From Octopus sinensis (lineage: Eukaryota): DNA of 64,000 nucleotides. The stretch lies in assembly GCF_006345805.1 (NCBI RefSeq), contig NC_043000.1, positions 14,074,001 through 14,138,000 on the forward strand, read 5' to 3'. A program made the translations under genes and the position numbers. The notes beneath the pieces were generated by a model, which was not told the DNA's origin, did no database searches, and was given only the letters and a program-made list of their open reading frames with translations. Position 1 is the stretch's first letter; each line of letters begins with the position of its first letter. Below are positions 52,027 through 64,000 of the stretch, one piece after another.

Positions 52027-52353
52027 TCTATATATACACTTATACCAAACTTTATGCTGCAAAAGGATTTTTATAGATCTTGAATGGCTGAAAAGATAAA
52101 TGTGGCAGGATTTGAAACCAGAACAGTGAGAGATCTATGTTAATTCCTCTCCAGACACTTCTTTAACTGTAGTTGTCAAACTCCAGATCAGCTCTAATAA
52201 AAACCATTTCAGCCATGATCTTTCTAAGCTTTTAATTAGGCACTATGTTCTTTAAGATGATAATGTGTGTGATGAGAGATTTTGTCTGCTATTTCTAGCT
52301 AGCTGAGCAACCACATAGAGGGTCTCTCATTGGCTTGGCTCTAACTATAGTTA

Positions 52354-52696
52354 GCTCCTTATGAGAGCTCAAAATCTCTTGTGGAAGCGCCATCCAACCA
52401 AAATGCAAATATATGGGAAACTACCACCTGTGTCATCTCTTGTGAAAGGTAGGAGAGTCCAGTTTGCTGGACATTGTTGTAGAGCTGAAAAAGAAGTAAT
52501 TTCTACTCTTCTCCTCTGGAAGCCATCTACTCGCAATACCAGAGGGCGCACACTCTCCTACCCTGATGTAATCTCCAGGGATACAGGCATCCAGTAACAG
52601 GACCTCCGTAATGCCATGATGGACCATGAAGTCTGGCGTAGCATGGTAAATTCCATTGTCTCGACCACAGTCGAACAATGATGAATAATGATGATG
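52354..52696 (+). mobile_element. 5'-truncated RTE-clade LINE with 11-bp TSD
   Basis: ...GRRVQFAGHCCRAEKEVISTLLLWKP...RGRTLSYPDVISRDTGIQ*QDLRNAMMDHEVWR (RTE ORF2 C-terminus); (TGA)n tail; AACTATAGTTA at 52343-52353 and 52697-52707. Confidence 0.9.
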
Positions 52697-53211
52697 AACT
52701 ATAGTTAAGATGTTTCGGAGCAAAGCAGTGTTTTGGATTTTGTTGTTTCAACACTGAATATAAAACATAATGGAGGCGGGTGAATAATCCAAGACCAATG
52801 TGGTGCTCAACCTTTAAAGCTAAAAACAAAAACAAAAAACAAAGTACAGATTCGCAAAGTCAAAGTCACTGAAGATTTTGCAAAATTCAATAATTCTTTC
52901 TACAATAGGCATAAGGCCTGAAATTTTGGAGGAAGGTCTGCTATTTCTAGCTAGCTGAGCAACCACATAGAGGGTCTCTCATTGGCTTGTCTTTAACTAT
53001 AGTTAAGATGTTTTGGAGCAAGCAGTCTTTTGGATTTTGTTGTTTTAACACTGGAATATAAAACTATTGCAAATGAGGAGTTAAAACTAATAAGTTGATT
53101 CATCAGTCCAAGTATCCAACCCACTGAACAAATAGTTTTTGGGGATTCGAACCAGTGGACATTTATCCAGGCTGTACAACCATCAACGATGTTCAAGATA
53201 TGATTAGATAT

Positions 53212-53436
53212 CTATTTCTTTACTACCCACAAGGGGCTAAACACAGAGGGGACAAACAAGAACAGACAAAGGGATTAAGTCGATTACATCGACTCCAGTG
53301 TGTAACTGGTACTTAATTTATCGACCCCGAAAGGATGAAAGACAAAGTCGACCTCGGCGGAATTTGAACTCAGAACGTAACGGCAGACGAAATACGGCCA
53401 CGCATTTCGCCCGGCGTGCTAACGTTTCTGCCAGCG
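53212..53436 (-). mobile_element. Family A SINE
   Basis: Reverse complement of 1996-2227. Confidence 0.9.
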
Positions 53437-54294
53437 TGTCATTCCAATACATGTATTGATAACTGGCAGCAACTAGTACAGCAGGTGGGCTTCAACATAT
53501 GCACACACACACACATATATACACAATGAATGATGTACAAATAGAGGAATACATATGTGCACAAATACACACCCACAGATATGCTCTGAAAAGACAGCTA
53601 ACACGTGTTTCAGCGAAAGACATGCTGACACGCACACAAGCACACCCACGCGTATGAAATGCATCAACAAACTCACGCTCACACATATTGAAAGAGAGAA
53701 TAAAAGGAAGAGAGTGATTGCTGAAATATTTTTGGAATGTTTTCTATACGTGACTTATTTCCAGTTTTATTACAGTTAGTCTTTGAAGACATTAAAACTC
53801 TTAACTGTGACAAACCACTATGACTAATATGAACATATGATATAAAGTTAAGATTAATCTTATGTAAAGAAGCTCTTCGAAAAATAAAAAAAAAGTTTTA
53901 ACCAAGTTAATGTATTGGATGCCTGTCTTATCTAATTGAATCTTAACTTTAAGATCAGTCAGATGAATGATACATTAAGCAAGTCATAAATATAATATGA
54001 GATTACTAAGACTTATGTATAGGTAATGACACACCTAAACAGTAACAATGGTAAAACTAACAGTGAATATAAAGGTGGGGGGGGGAGAGACAATTACAAT
54101 AGGTTTATATGGATGGGGGAGGAGGTGTCAAAGAGAGGGAGAGATAGAGACACAAATCGAAAAGGTCTAGAGGGAGGGAAGAGTCAAAATGAAAAACAAG
54201 AGAGGCAATGAGAGAGATACAGTAAGAAAAATGAAGGAGGGAAAGAAGATAAAGACAAAGATAGAGACCAGGAGGGAGAAACTGAAATACAGGT

Positions 54295-54905
<611 letters not shown>

Positions 54906-55751
54906 AAATAAGAAAGAGAGAGAGACACACACAAGAGAGGAAGAGACAAAACAAATCTCAACTGCCAATGTACAAACGTCTTTGAAAACTGAAGTGAAAT
55001 ATATAGGTCGTATGTGTTTCTTGCCATGATCTCAAAGACTGCCCTCACTTTGTCATGTTTAGTCATTTCTTGCAAACAATGGCTGCTAAACTTTTGAATA
55101 GCATGTTTCAACAACATAGTTAAAAAGACTCTTGCAACAATACCAGAACTAATTTGCAAACAACACCCTTTCATTGTTCAAAAAGAAAAATCATATTTTG
55201 TTGATGTTATATATATATTTTTTTTTTATTGTTTTTTTTTTCTTCTTCCCCTTCTTGGTATTCTTTGAAGAAGAATTAACATTCATGGTTAATTTCAGTG
55301 ACTCTACATCTTTTATAAAGTAATATATATATATATATATATATATATACATTTGCAAAAAATAAATAAATAAAAGAATAGAAAATTGTTTGTGTTAGTT
55401 CTTTTCTTTAACTCTAATTGTTTTGATATGTCAAACATTGGAACAATCTAGAGAAGACATTTCAAAAAAAATTATATATAAAACACCCTGTCATAATGGT
55501 GGAGAGTGAATAATCCAAGACAAATGTGGTGCTCAACCCTTAAACCTAACAAAAAAGCAAAGAAAAAAAGCACAAATCCGCAAAGTCAAAGTCACTGAAG
55601 ACTTTGTAAAATTCAAAAATTCTTTCTATAATAGGCACAAGGCCTGAAATTTTGGAGGAAGGGGGGCCCATTGATTACAAGCTGGATAAACATGTACAAC
55701 TTTGTGATTCCTATTAGCAAATGAAACATGTGTAATGATGAATAAATAATC

Positions 55752-56104
55752 CCTGAAAGGATGAAAGGCAAAGTTGACCTCGGCGGAATTTGAACTCAGA
55801 ACGTATAGACAAACGAAATACCTGTTTCTTTATTACCCACAAGGGGCTAAATACAGAGGGGACAAACAAGGACAGACATAGATATTAAGTCGATTACATC
55901 GACTCCAGTGCGTAACTGGTACTTAATTTATTGACCCCGAAAGGATGAAAGGCAAAGTCGACCTCGGCGGAATTTGAACTCACAACGTAACGACAGACGA
56001 AATACCGCTAAGCATTTCGTCCGGCGCGCTAACGTTTCTGCCAGCTCGTTAGCGCCAGACGAAATACCGCTAAGCATTTTGTCCGGCGTGCTAACGTTTC
56101 TGTC
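55752..56104 (-). mobile_element. Family A SINE nested inside another family A SINE
   Basis: Inner copy at 55823-56058 flanked by ACGAAATACC (55813-55822, 56059-56068). Confidence 0.8.
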
Positions 56105-57342
56105 AGACAAGTTTCAGTCTAATTAAACCTCCTCAGTGAAGTAATTCTATCAAGATGGCAAAACTAAGAATAATCAAGGTGTATATAGGAATACAAAGAA
56201 TGCAGAAACACTGACTAGGAATATCAATAATATGGTTGAGGAAAATGCATTATGACATCCCTCTCTTACTGTGGAAGAGTTTGAACTTCAATAAAATGAA
56301 TTATCTTGTCACCTCAGAAAACAAAATGATGTTTGTTTCAAAAAGGAGCGAGTGATTGTGATTGATTGATGGCTGGATGAGTGTAGGTATGTATGCATGC
56401 ATACCATCAAACGGGATTGCAGTAAAAGCAAGTGTCTAGACAAGATGACCTAGTTTCTGTGCAGCCTGGGTTGTTCATTGGTCTTTGACACCACTGTCAC
56501 TAATACTTTTGGTGACAGACAAATTGCGAAAGCTGTGATCCAAGGTGAACAACCTAAAGTACATGCTGTTGCTAGATCCATATCTTTGAACTGGTGATTC
56601 ACCACCAGTCCACCAAAAGTTTTTCCCAAGGGCAAAGAAAATTGTAGTGACGATTACTTATTGGCTTGGACAGAAAATTAGGTAATGCTTTGTGTGTCAG
56701 AGAAGAGAAGAATAAAGAAAAGAAAAGCAGGATGCCACAACCATATTTATTTTCAGATAAACATTTATATTGATGTCTTTGGTAATGTTAATCCTTCAGC
56801 TGTTTTACAAGCCTTAAGTGGGGACCCTGGCAGTTAATAGCTAAGACATTGTTCTGCATGGTCAGGGCTGACCTGGAATTAATTAAACAATGATCAAAGG
56901 CGTTTTAGCCATGACCATCCCATTTTTTTTAAATCAAGCATTGTATTGTAATTCTAAAATTAGATTATTCAATGTCTTCCTTTTTAAAACAGCAGTGGGA
57001 AATTTAAGATTTAGCTGCTGTTTCTGCCATATCAAGCGACCACGTAGATGTTTCCTGTTGGTTTCAGTTTTCAGTAATGGTAAAAAAAAAAAAAAATAAT
57101 AAAGTGTCCAGTAATCCTCTGGATTGTTGAGTCACGACACCACTGAAGCCATCATTTTCAACTGTGTGTGTGGTCATTGATGAGCTGCACAATCCACGCT
57201 GTGACCGATTTACAGTGAAATTAGTGGAACCATTGATAAATAAACGCCTTTGACAAGGATATGATGCCCTCCAAGATACTCTGATCGTTTGGCTTGCCAC
57301 CCACTGACTCAACCTAACTGGTTTGGTTCGCTATCGGAGCCA

Positions 57343-57531
57343 CCGTATTTCAGGCATACTAATCGGCATGGTATGTGGTACTAAACGTTCAAAACATTAT
57401 TACTATCTTTTCAAATTTTGCAGCCTTTCACACGGAATTTTTGGTCCTCCAAAGTCGTCTTGGTGTAGACCTACCGATTTTGGTTGTAAATTTTGGTTTG
57501 AAAAATTCGACTTGTATGCCAGAAAATACGG
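57343..57531. mobile_element. pogo/Tigger-like MITE
   Basis: CCGTATTTCAGGCATAC versus right-end reverse complement CCGTATTTTCTGGCATAC; the TA flanks are degraded. Confidence 0.6.
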
Positions 57532-57819
57532 AAAAGTTGCTCTGGGTTCAAATTCAACCATAGTAAACCTACTGGACTTAGATTTAAAAATAAATCAGGG
57601 GTCGATTGGGAGCAGGGAGATAAAAAATGAAATGCCCGAGCAGTCAAGAGGACAAAACGAAAAGTAAACAGCAAACATTGTATGGTGGTCAAGCACCAAA
57701 AATTAACCTTAGAGACAATTTATGGGGGGGGGGGGGAGATATATGACTGACAAAAGTCCTTACTATAAAGAATGGCACAACATTTAAGATTAGAAAAACT
57801 TAAGATAGCGCGTGTGAAC

Positions 57820-57846
57820 ACACACATACACACACAGAACCACGCA

Positions 57847-57882
<36 letters not shown>

Positions 57883-58970
57883 CACACACACACACAGAAC
57901 AGAACCACGTCAAGCACAACACAGACACACCACAGACCCACGCAAGCACACACACACACACAAGCACACACACACACAGAACCCACACACACAGGTAACC
58001 AACCAAGCACCCACAGAACCAACCACGCAAGCACACACAAACACACACAGAACCACGCAAGCACACGCACACACAGAAACCACGCAGCACACGCACACAC
58101 ACAAAACCACCACGCACACAACACAACACCACACAACACAACCACGCAAACACACACACATCACACCCACACACAGAACCAACTCAAAACCACACACACA
58201 CACCACTAACCCGCAAGCACACCCGCACACACAGAACCACGCAACGCACACACAAGAACCACGCAAGCACACATAACCACGCAGCACACACACAACCACC
58301 AAGCACACACACACCCACCCAACATAACCACGCAAGCACACACAACACACAGACATAACCACGCAAGCACACACACACAACCGATCCAACGCAACACACA
58401 CACCAACCACGCAAGCCCATACACAGAACCACGCAAGCACACACACACACAACCAGCACCAAGCACACACACAGCACACCTAACCACGCAAGCACACACA
58501 CACACAGAACCACGCAAAAAGCACACACCCACACGAACCACGCAAGCACACACAACACACAGAACCACGCAAGCACACACCACACACAGAACACGCAAAC
58601 ACACACACCACACACAGAACACCAAACGCAAACACACAGCAACACACACAAACACGCAATCACAAACACACACACACATAACCACGCAAGCACACACACA
58701 ACACACAGAACCACGCAAGCACACACACACACACACACAACAGAACCACGCAAGCTCACACACACACACACACAGAACCACGCAAGCACACACACACACA
58801 GAACCACGCAAGTACATACACACACAGAACCACGCAAGTACACACACAGAACCACGCAAGTACAGACACACACACAGAACCACGCAAGCACAGACACACA
58901 CACACACACAGAACGACGCAAACACACACACAACACACAGCCACGTTCACAACACAAATACACACCCTAC
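57820..58970. repeat. AACCACGCAAG(CA)n-based variable minisatellite
   Basis: Roughly 25 copies of the CACGCAA core separated by variable CA runs. Confidence 0.9.
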
Positions 58971-59555
58971 AGACACACCCAAGTAAGTTATGATGACGAC
59001 ACAGTAATTACTGTCCAATCAGAAACCACATCCTTATATTGCAATGGCGTGAAAAAGAATAAGAGATTCAATGAAACACCGAGAAAAGTCAACGTTGTTC
59101 ACTAGAAATGTCAACAGTACTATAATATTGCTGATTCAATCGTTTGTCGATAACGACGATAAAAATGTCCACAGCTCTTGACTACAGCATGTCTCCATAA
59201 AATCTGTATGAACAAATGAAAAATAAATAGACTAAGGAACGTTTCATTACTCGTGATATGGGTCAATAAATAGCAACGTTAGTTTTGCTCTAATAGATCA
59301 AGGCTGGGCTTGTAAACACTTTTTTTTACAAGCAACTTCTCTAGGTAACTGGCTGAAGTAAAACAGTATCATATTGTCAGACAAACAAACATGAAGGTTG
59401 GCGTGTTTAGTGTAGTGCCATAACATAAAAACATCTATCATACGATATGTTATTGCACGTTTGAAAAATGTCCAAGAGTTAAAGAACTGGGTAGGAAAAG
59501 TTCAAAAAATAAAGTAGTTCCTTAAAATTGTGTTTTAAATGTAAAAATAAAATAC

Positions 59556-59738
59556 ATTTCTTTACTACCCACAAGGAGCTAAACATAGAGGGGACAAACA
59601 AGGACAGACAAAGGGATTAAGTCAATTACATCGACCCCAGTGCGTAACTAGTACTTATTTAATCGACCCCGAAAGGATGAAAGGCAAAGTCAACCTCGGC
59701 GGAATTTGAACTCAGAACGTAACGACAGACGAAATACG
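59556..59738 (-). mobile_element. 5'-truncated family A SINE
   Basis: Family A 3' part; TAAATGTAAAAA repeated on both flanks. Confidence 0.85.
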
Positions 59739-61233
59739 TTAAATGTAAAAAGTATATAACTAATTAAACACCTAAAATCTGAGAGAAGTGTTGAAATAAT
59801 TCCAGGCCAGTGGCCTAGAGGGGTAACGATACATGCCACCCTAGAATTTAGAAATAGAAGTTTTCTAGTTCGAATCCAATCTGGATTCTAATAAAATTAC
59901 ACCTGGTAACGATCGGAGATCGAACCAATTAAAATGGTCAAATGCTACTGAGGTCGACTTTGATGTAATCGACTTATCCCCTACCACCCCCCCCCCCGAA
60001 ATTGCTGGCCTTGTGCCAAAATTTGAAATTAATTTGGAGTTTCCTGATCAGAACTGAACTAGTGCTAAATAACTGATCCTCCTCTTCTGTATCCTCTCTC
60101 CCTCTCATGCGCACACGCACGCACACATACACTTTTCAGACTTTTTAATTTCATCATCAGAGCCTAACCTAATTAGATGCCGCTAAGCATTTTCTCCAGC
60201 GTTGTAACGTTTCTGCCAACTCGCCGTCTTAGGAAGACTTAATATTAAAAGCGTTCCAATTGTAACCACTTCATCTTATATTTTAGGCACAATAAATGCA
60301 GAAATACCCGATCCAATGTGTCCTTTTGTAAAACGGTAAGGCGTGCTTTGAAAGAGAGCAAGCTGCTATTCTTAGCAAGTCAAAGACTACACAAAAAGCT
60401 TACCTATTCGATTCGACTGTTTGGCAAAGTACAGCATAGCTAATAAAGCAAACGTTAATCTGGACCTTTTTTTTTTTTTGCTACTTTCTTAAGGGAAAAG
60501 TAGTAGTTCTCATAACCTTTCTAGCTATTTCCTGCAAACCTGCATGAATGTGTACACCCGGAAGGGAGGAACTTAAGAGACATTGTTTAATTCTCAAAAG
60601 ACTGAATTATATAAAACCCAGACATCCTGTGAATAACTGCAGACAATAAACTGGTGTCCGCTCAAGATTTATTCTTCACCTGCTTTAACACTCTTGTAGG
60701 CCACAGATAAATTTCAAGATTAACTCCCATGATATTCATTGAAGTATCAAGTATAAAAGAATGTGAGCTTAAATGTAATACTATTCCATGCGGTTTCAAT
60801 TCTCAATGCTGCCTGATCTGTTCCATTTACATGCTTCAGAATCTCAGCAAAAAGCATGCAACTATCAGTGGGGGGTGGAGAATACGAGTTTAGTCAGGTT
60901 GATTTTAACTTGACATGTATGCAAGATGAAGTCTTAAGCGGTTCCACCTACAAAGGGGAGATTTTTCGAGATATGTAAGTCTGCCATATTGACATGCACT
61001 AATTCACTGCATGAAAGTGAAATCTTTAAAAAGGTGCCTCACCGATTCGATAACTATCAAAACATCCATCTAAAAGTATGTAACAGGGCCAAGCCCAGTT
61101 TTCGCTTTAATGCACTAAATGTTAGGAATGCTTGCCTTAATGTATAAGCATTCCACATTTCCATTGCGTATTGCTCTCGTAGAAAATTACCCAAATCAAA
61201 ACTGAACCTACTTTTTGAGGTAGAACTACAGTT

Positions 61234-61625
61234 CAGTGGATCCCTCACCTAAAACTGTTTCCTCATAACTTTCTGAAAAATGTATATATTTAAATTATAT
61301 TTAGCCAAAATACCTATTTCAAGAGTTTAGATTACGCAAATGTTAGTGTTTCAAGCAAAAAAAAAAAGTCTATAAAAAAAGTGTAAAAACTGCAAAACTA
61401 CGGAAATTTATGGAAACAAATCGGAGGGAATAGATGTATGATCTGATGCGAAATTCTAAACTGCTCAAATAAATAAACATTGCGTCCCCTACTCCCTAAA
61501 TTTTATCAACATAATCATAATGTACGGCCTCGAAAATATATCTCTCTGCAAAATTTCATTTAAAAATATGTATTTTTCAGAAAGTTATATGGAAACAAAA
61601 ATCCGATTGTTGAGGTGGGTACCAT
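61234..61625. mobile_element. MITE with subterminal inverted repeats
   Basis: TGTTTCCTCATAACTTTCTGAAAAAT (~61255) versus reverse complement TGTTTCCATATAACTTTCTGAAAAAT (~61572-61598). Confidence 0.6.
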
Positions 61626-63024
61626 ATTTTAGTTTTGCTTCTTCAGATATATTGACATAACAAATCAATAAGGAATTTCAGAAATGAATCTTACCACAGA
61701 AAAGATACAATTTTTCTGTTCCCGGAGTTGTTGTAGAAAATTTAGAAACAACAAAAGAGAAGAAATAGTTTACAAATTGGGAAAGAAAGTAAAAGATAAT
61801 GATTAACGTAATGAAAAAAATAAATATTATGAGGCCTGAGAAATTAAGATACGAATATAATGGGGGGGGGCGACAGAAGATAAAAGAATACTGCTCAAAG
61901 ATAACTTAAGACTGAAGAGAGAAGTTATTAGAACACAAGTTGTTTACTTCCATGATCAAACCTTGTAGCTAAAGGCTTCGGCTATGAAACATCGCTCACC
62001 TACAAGACTGTATATTCGTCTACCATTATTCAATGTATCATTTTAAGATTGAAAGGCATGATCCAAAAGAGATTTGACTGTTATTTCTAGAAGGTCGATC
62101 GACCAGGTAAAGGCTTATTTGTTTCAACAACATCTTAAAAGTAGATCGATTGCTAAGCTACCATAAGATAAAAACGGGAAAAAAGTCATTCCTCTCCTTA
62201 AGCAAACACTACTCAACTATCTCAGTTGGTACCAAAATCTCTCTGTATCATGAAACTGCTCGCCATATAACCCATCAAGGAATTACGCGAACCCTCTTAG
62301 AGAATAATATGGGTTACGTTTCAAGCATCGTAGATCACAATGGTGAAGAGGGAGAGACAAAAAAAATTATCAGGAGAGGGGTAAAGATCCTCACGTACAC
62401 ACACTTTTATTATCTTTTAAAATCTATTTATACATTTTTGCAGAATAGCAATCTACGATACCTGAAATATACACATCCAAAGAGATTACAGTTTTGGGGG
62501 CACAAGATTAATTCCCAACGCTATGTGCCCAGTTCTTTTGAGCTGGCGTTGAATTCTACCAACAACACAAATTGATGTAACACGTTCTTGTGTTTTGAGG
62601 AGTGTGGAACCACCTCTTAACTACTATTCTTCTTAGGGTCTACTCTCACATAGAATAGAGACACCCGTTATGGTTCTAGTTACGGGTTAACTAGCGTATG
62701 CGATCACAGTCCACCTGAACGATGAGCCGCAGAATTAACCTTGGTTGGTGCAAAGTCGCGCAGTAAAACCACCAAGAATGAGGGACCCCTACTGTTGTCA
62801 GAACATCCTTCTAGGAGAGAAACATTCTGATGTAAAATCTGCGGTTTCACGTGATTTATTGGTCATCTCACTTCGGCCTGTCACTAAGTACTAACTACGG
62901 AGACTCGGAGAGTGTTGTTCGTATTGTACAAGCGTCTATCACTATACTGCAATTAAGTACAGATGTCTCTCTTTATGGTGACCTCATTTGTCATTCCATC
63001 TACTGAAAGTCCTTCCTATCAATG

Positions 63025-63236
63025 GAAGAGTGACAACGTCTACAGACCTAACCAGTTGGATGTGCACAGTAAATTACAACTATCATCTCTCGCCTATGCT
63101 TCAAACTATGCAGTTCTGCAGCAGAACTGAATAGTCATCTGAGAGGTCACAGACGGAAAGTCAGATGTGCCACTGACAATGAGGAAGTACAAGGAAATGT
63201 GGCAATCATCTGTGAAGATGGAGCAACCATCATTAT
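63025..63236 (+). mobile_element. RTE-clade LINE extreme 3' end with C2H2-type finger
   Basis: WMCTV[25-nt insertion]CFKLCSSAAELNSHLRGH gives CX2CX12HX3H, followed by ...AATCATCTGTGAAGATGGAGCAACCATCAT, an RTE-like terminus. Confidence 0.7.
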
Positions 63237-63849
63237 AAATATATATATATATATATGTACACGCACGCACACACACACACACCCGAAAGATTGGCGCGCG
63301 CGTGTGTGTGTGTGTGTGTGTGTACGTAATAGATAAATGAAAGAGAGAGAGAAAAATAGAAACAGAAAGATACACACACGTGCATAATTGCATGATGTTA
63401 TGGTGTTTACCATTTTCGTCGGAGATTCGTTATCAAACGCACAAACACAAAAATGGGATCTTAGGTAGAATTCTGGAAGCTGTTTACACTTAAAAGAGAC
63501 CGAACACGTGACTCAGCCATACAGCAGCTGATGACTAACCGTAAGAAGGGTTGAAATCGCGATACTACGATTGCTTATCACGTACTCTGTCTCTATATCA
63601 GGCTTTCAGCTGAGAAATTCCTTCAGTGTGAGACTAAATATATTTACATATATCCATCCATACGCTATGGTGGCTGCCTTCAGTAATAATTTTTGCAGGT
63701 ATTTGCTAACATCGCGAGTCTAGTCTTCAAACTTCTTTCTCCAGAGATTAACTCAAACCAGCACTGATATAAACCTGGAGAAGAAGGCTGTCTGTCGATC
63801 ACAACGAATACTATTTTCACATCTATGGGACAATACTGCTCTCCCCCCT

Positions 63850-63886
<37 letters not shown>

Positions 63887-64000
63887 AGTCTACATCCAAA
63901 ATAAAAATAAAATAAAGGCCATTCAACGAATTGACAAATATTCAAGCCCCAAACCGTTTAAAACACGTATGCACTGTTCCCCCCCCCCCTGCCTGTTCTA

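Noticed and set aside
55028-55174. Phase-0 donor (HDK|GTGAGG) as candidate upstream IRS exon
   Set aside because: The peptide lacks the conserved PH beta-1 motif (GYLxKxK).
57720-58965. C/V-rich ORFs of 124-259 aa resembling metallothionein or keratin-associated proteins
   Set aside because: Translation of the CA-based satellite; no splice or codon evidence.
61057-61248. 63-aa minus-strand ORF with nearby splice-like signals as candidate IRS exon 1
   Set aside because: No GYLxK motif, the frame ends in stops, and it overlaps a MITE end.
62150-62575. 141-aa plus-strand ORF
   Set aside because: No recognisable domain or splice support; plausible by chance.
63680-63705. KYLQKLLLK peptide on the minus strand resembling GYLKKLK
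   Set aside because: In-frame stop just upstream and no GT donor.

Overview
Eukaryotic, AT-rich, repeat-dense genomic DNA. The SINE families and microsatellite load point to an octopus (coleoid cephalopod); this is inference, not a database match. The only host gene I can support is a minus-strand insulin receptor substrate (IRS/chico-like) gene. Three coding exons were reconstructed by hand with canonical AG/GT sites and matching phases: 7137-6852 (PH domain), 2559-2420 and 1094-952 (PTB domain; the last is absent from the ORF track). The first coding exon (expected to end in about GYLKKLK) was not found, and the 3' exons lie beyond position 1. The rest of the window looks like intron, filled with tRNA-derived SINEs, CR1 and RTE LINE ends, a decayed Gypsy-like pol remnant, a Helitron-like element, and MITEs (Merlin-, hAT-, piggyBac-, mariner- and pogo-like), many with readable target-site duplications (TSDs). 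All long ORFs in the track are microsatellite artefacts. The most interesting observations are three long fold-back inverted duplications anchored on retroelement 3' ends (candidate ADAR-substrate hairpins), a multi-layer nest of GG-ended MITEs with 8-bp TSDs, SINE heads and tails occurring in several combinations, a SINE-seeded 1.25-kb microsatellite next to the PH exon, a filled/empty RTE site pair, and two CpG-retaining domains that may mark alternative promoters. I see no clear evidence of a wholly new biological system.
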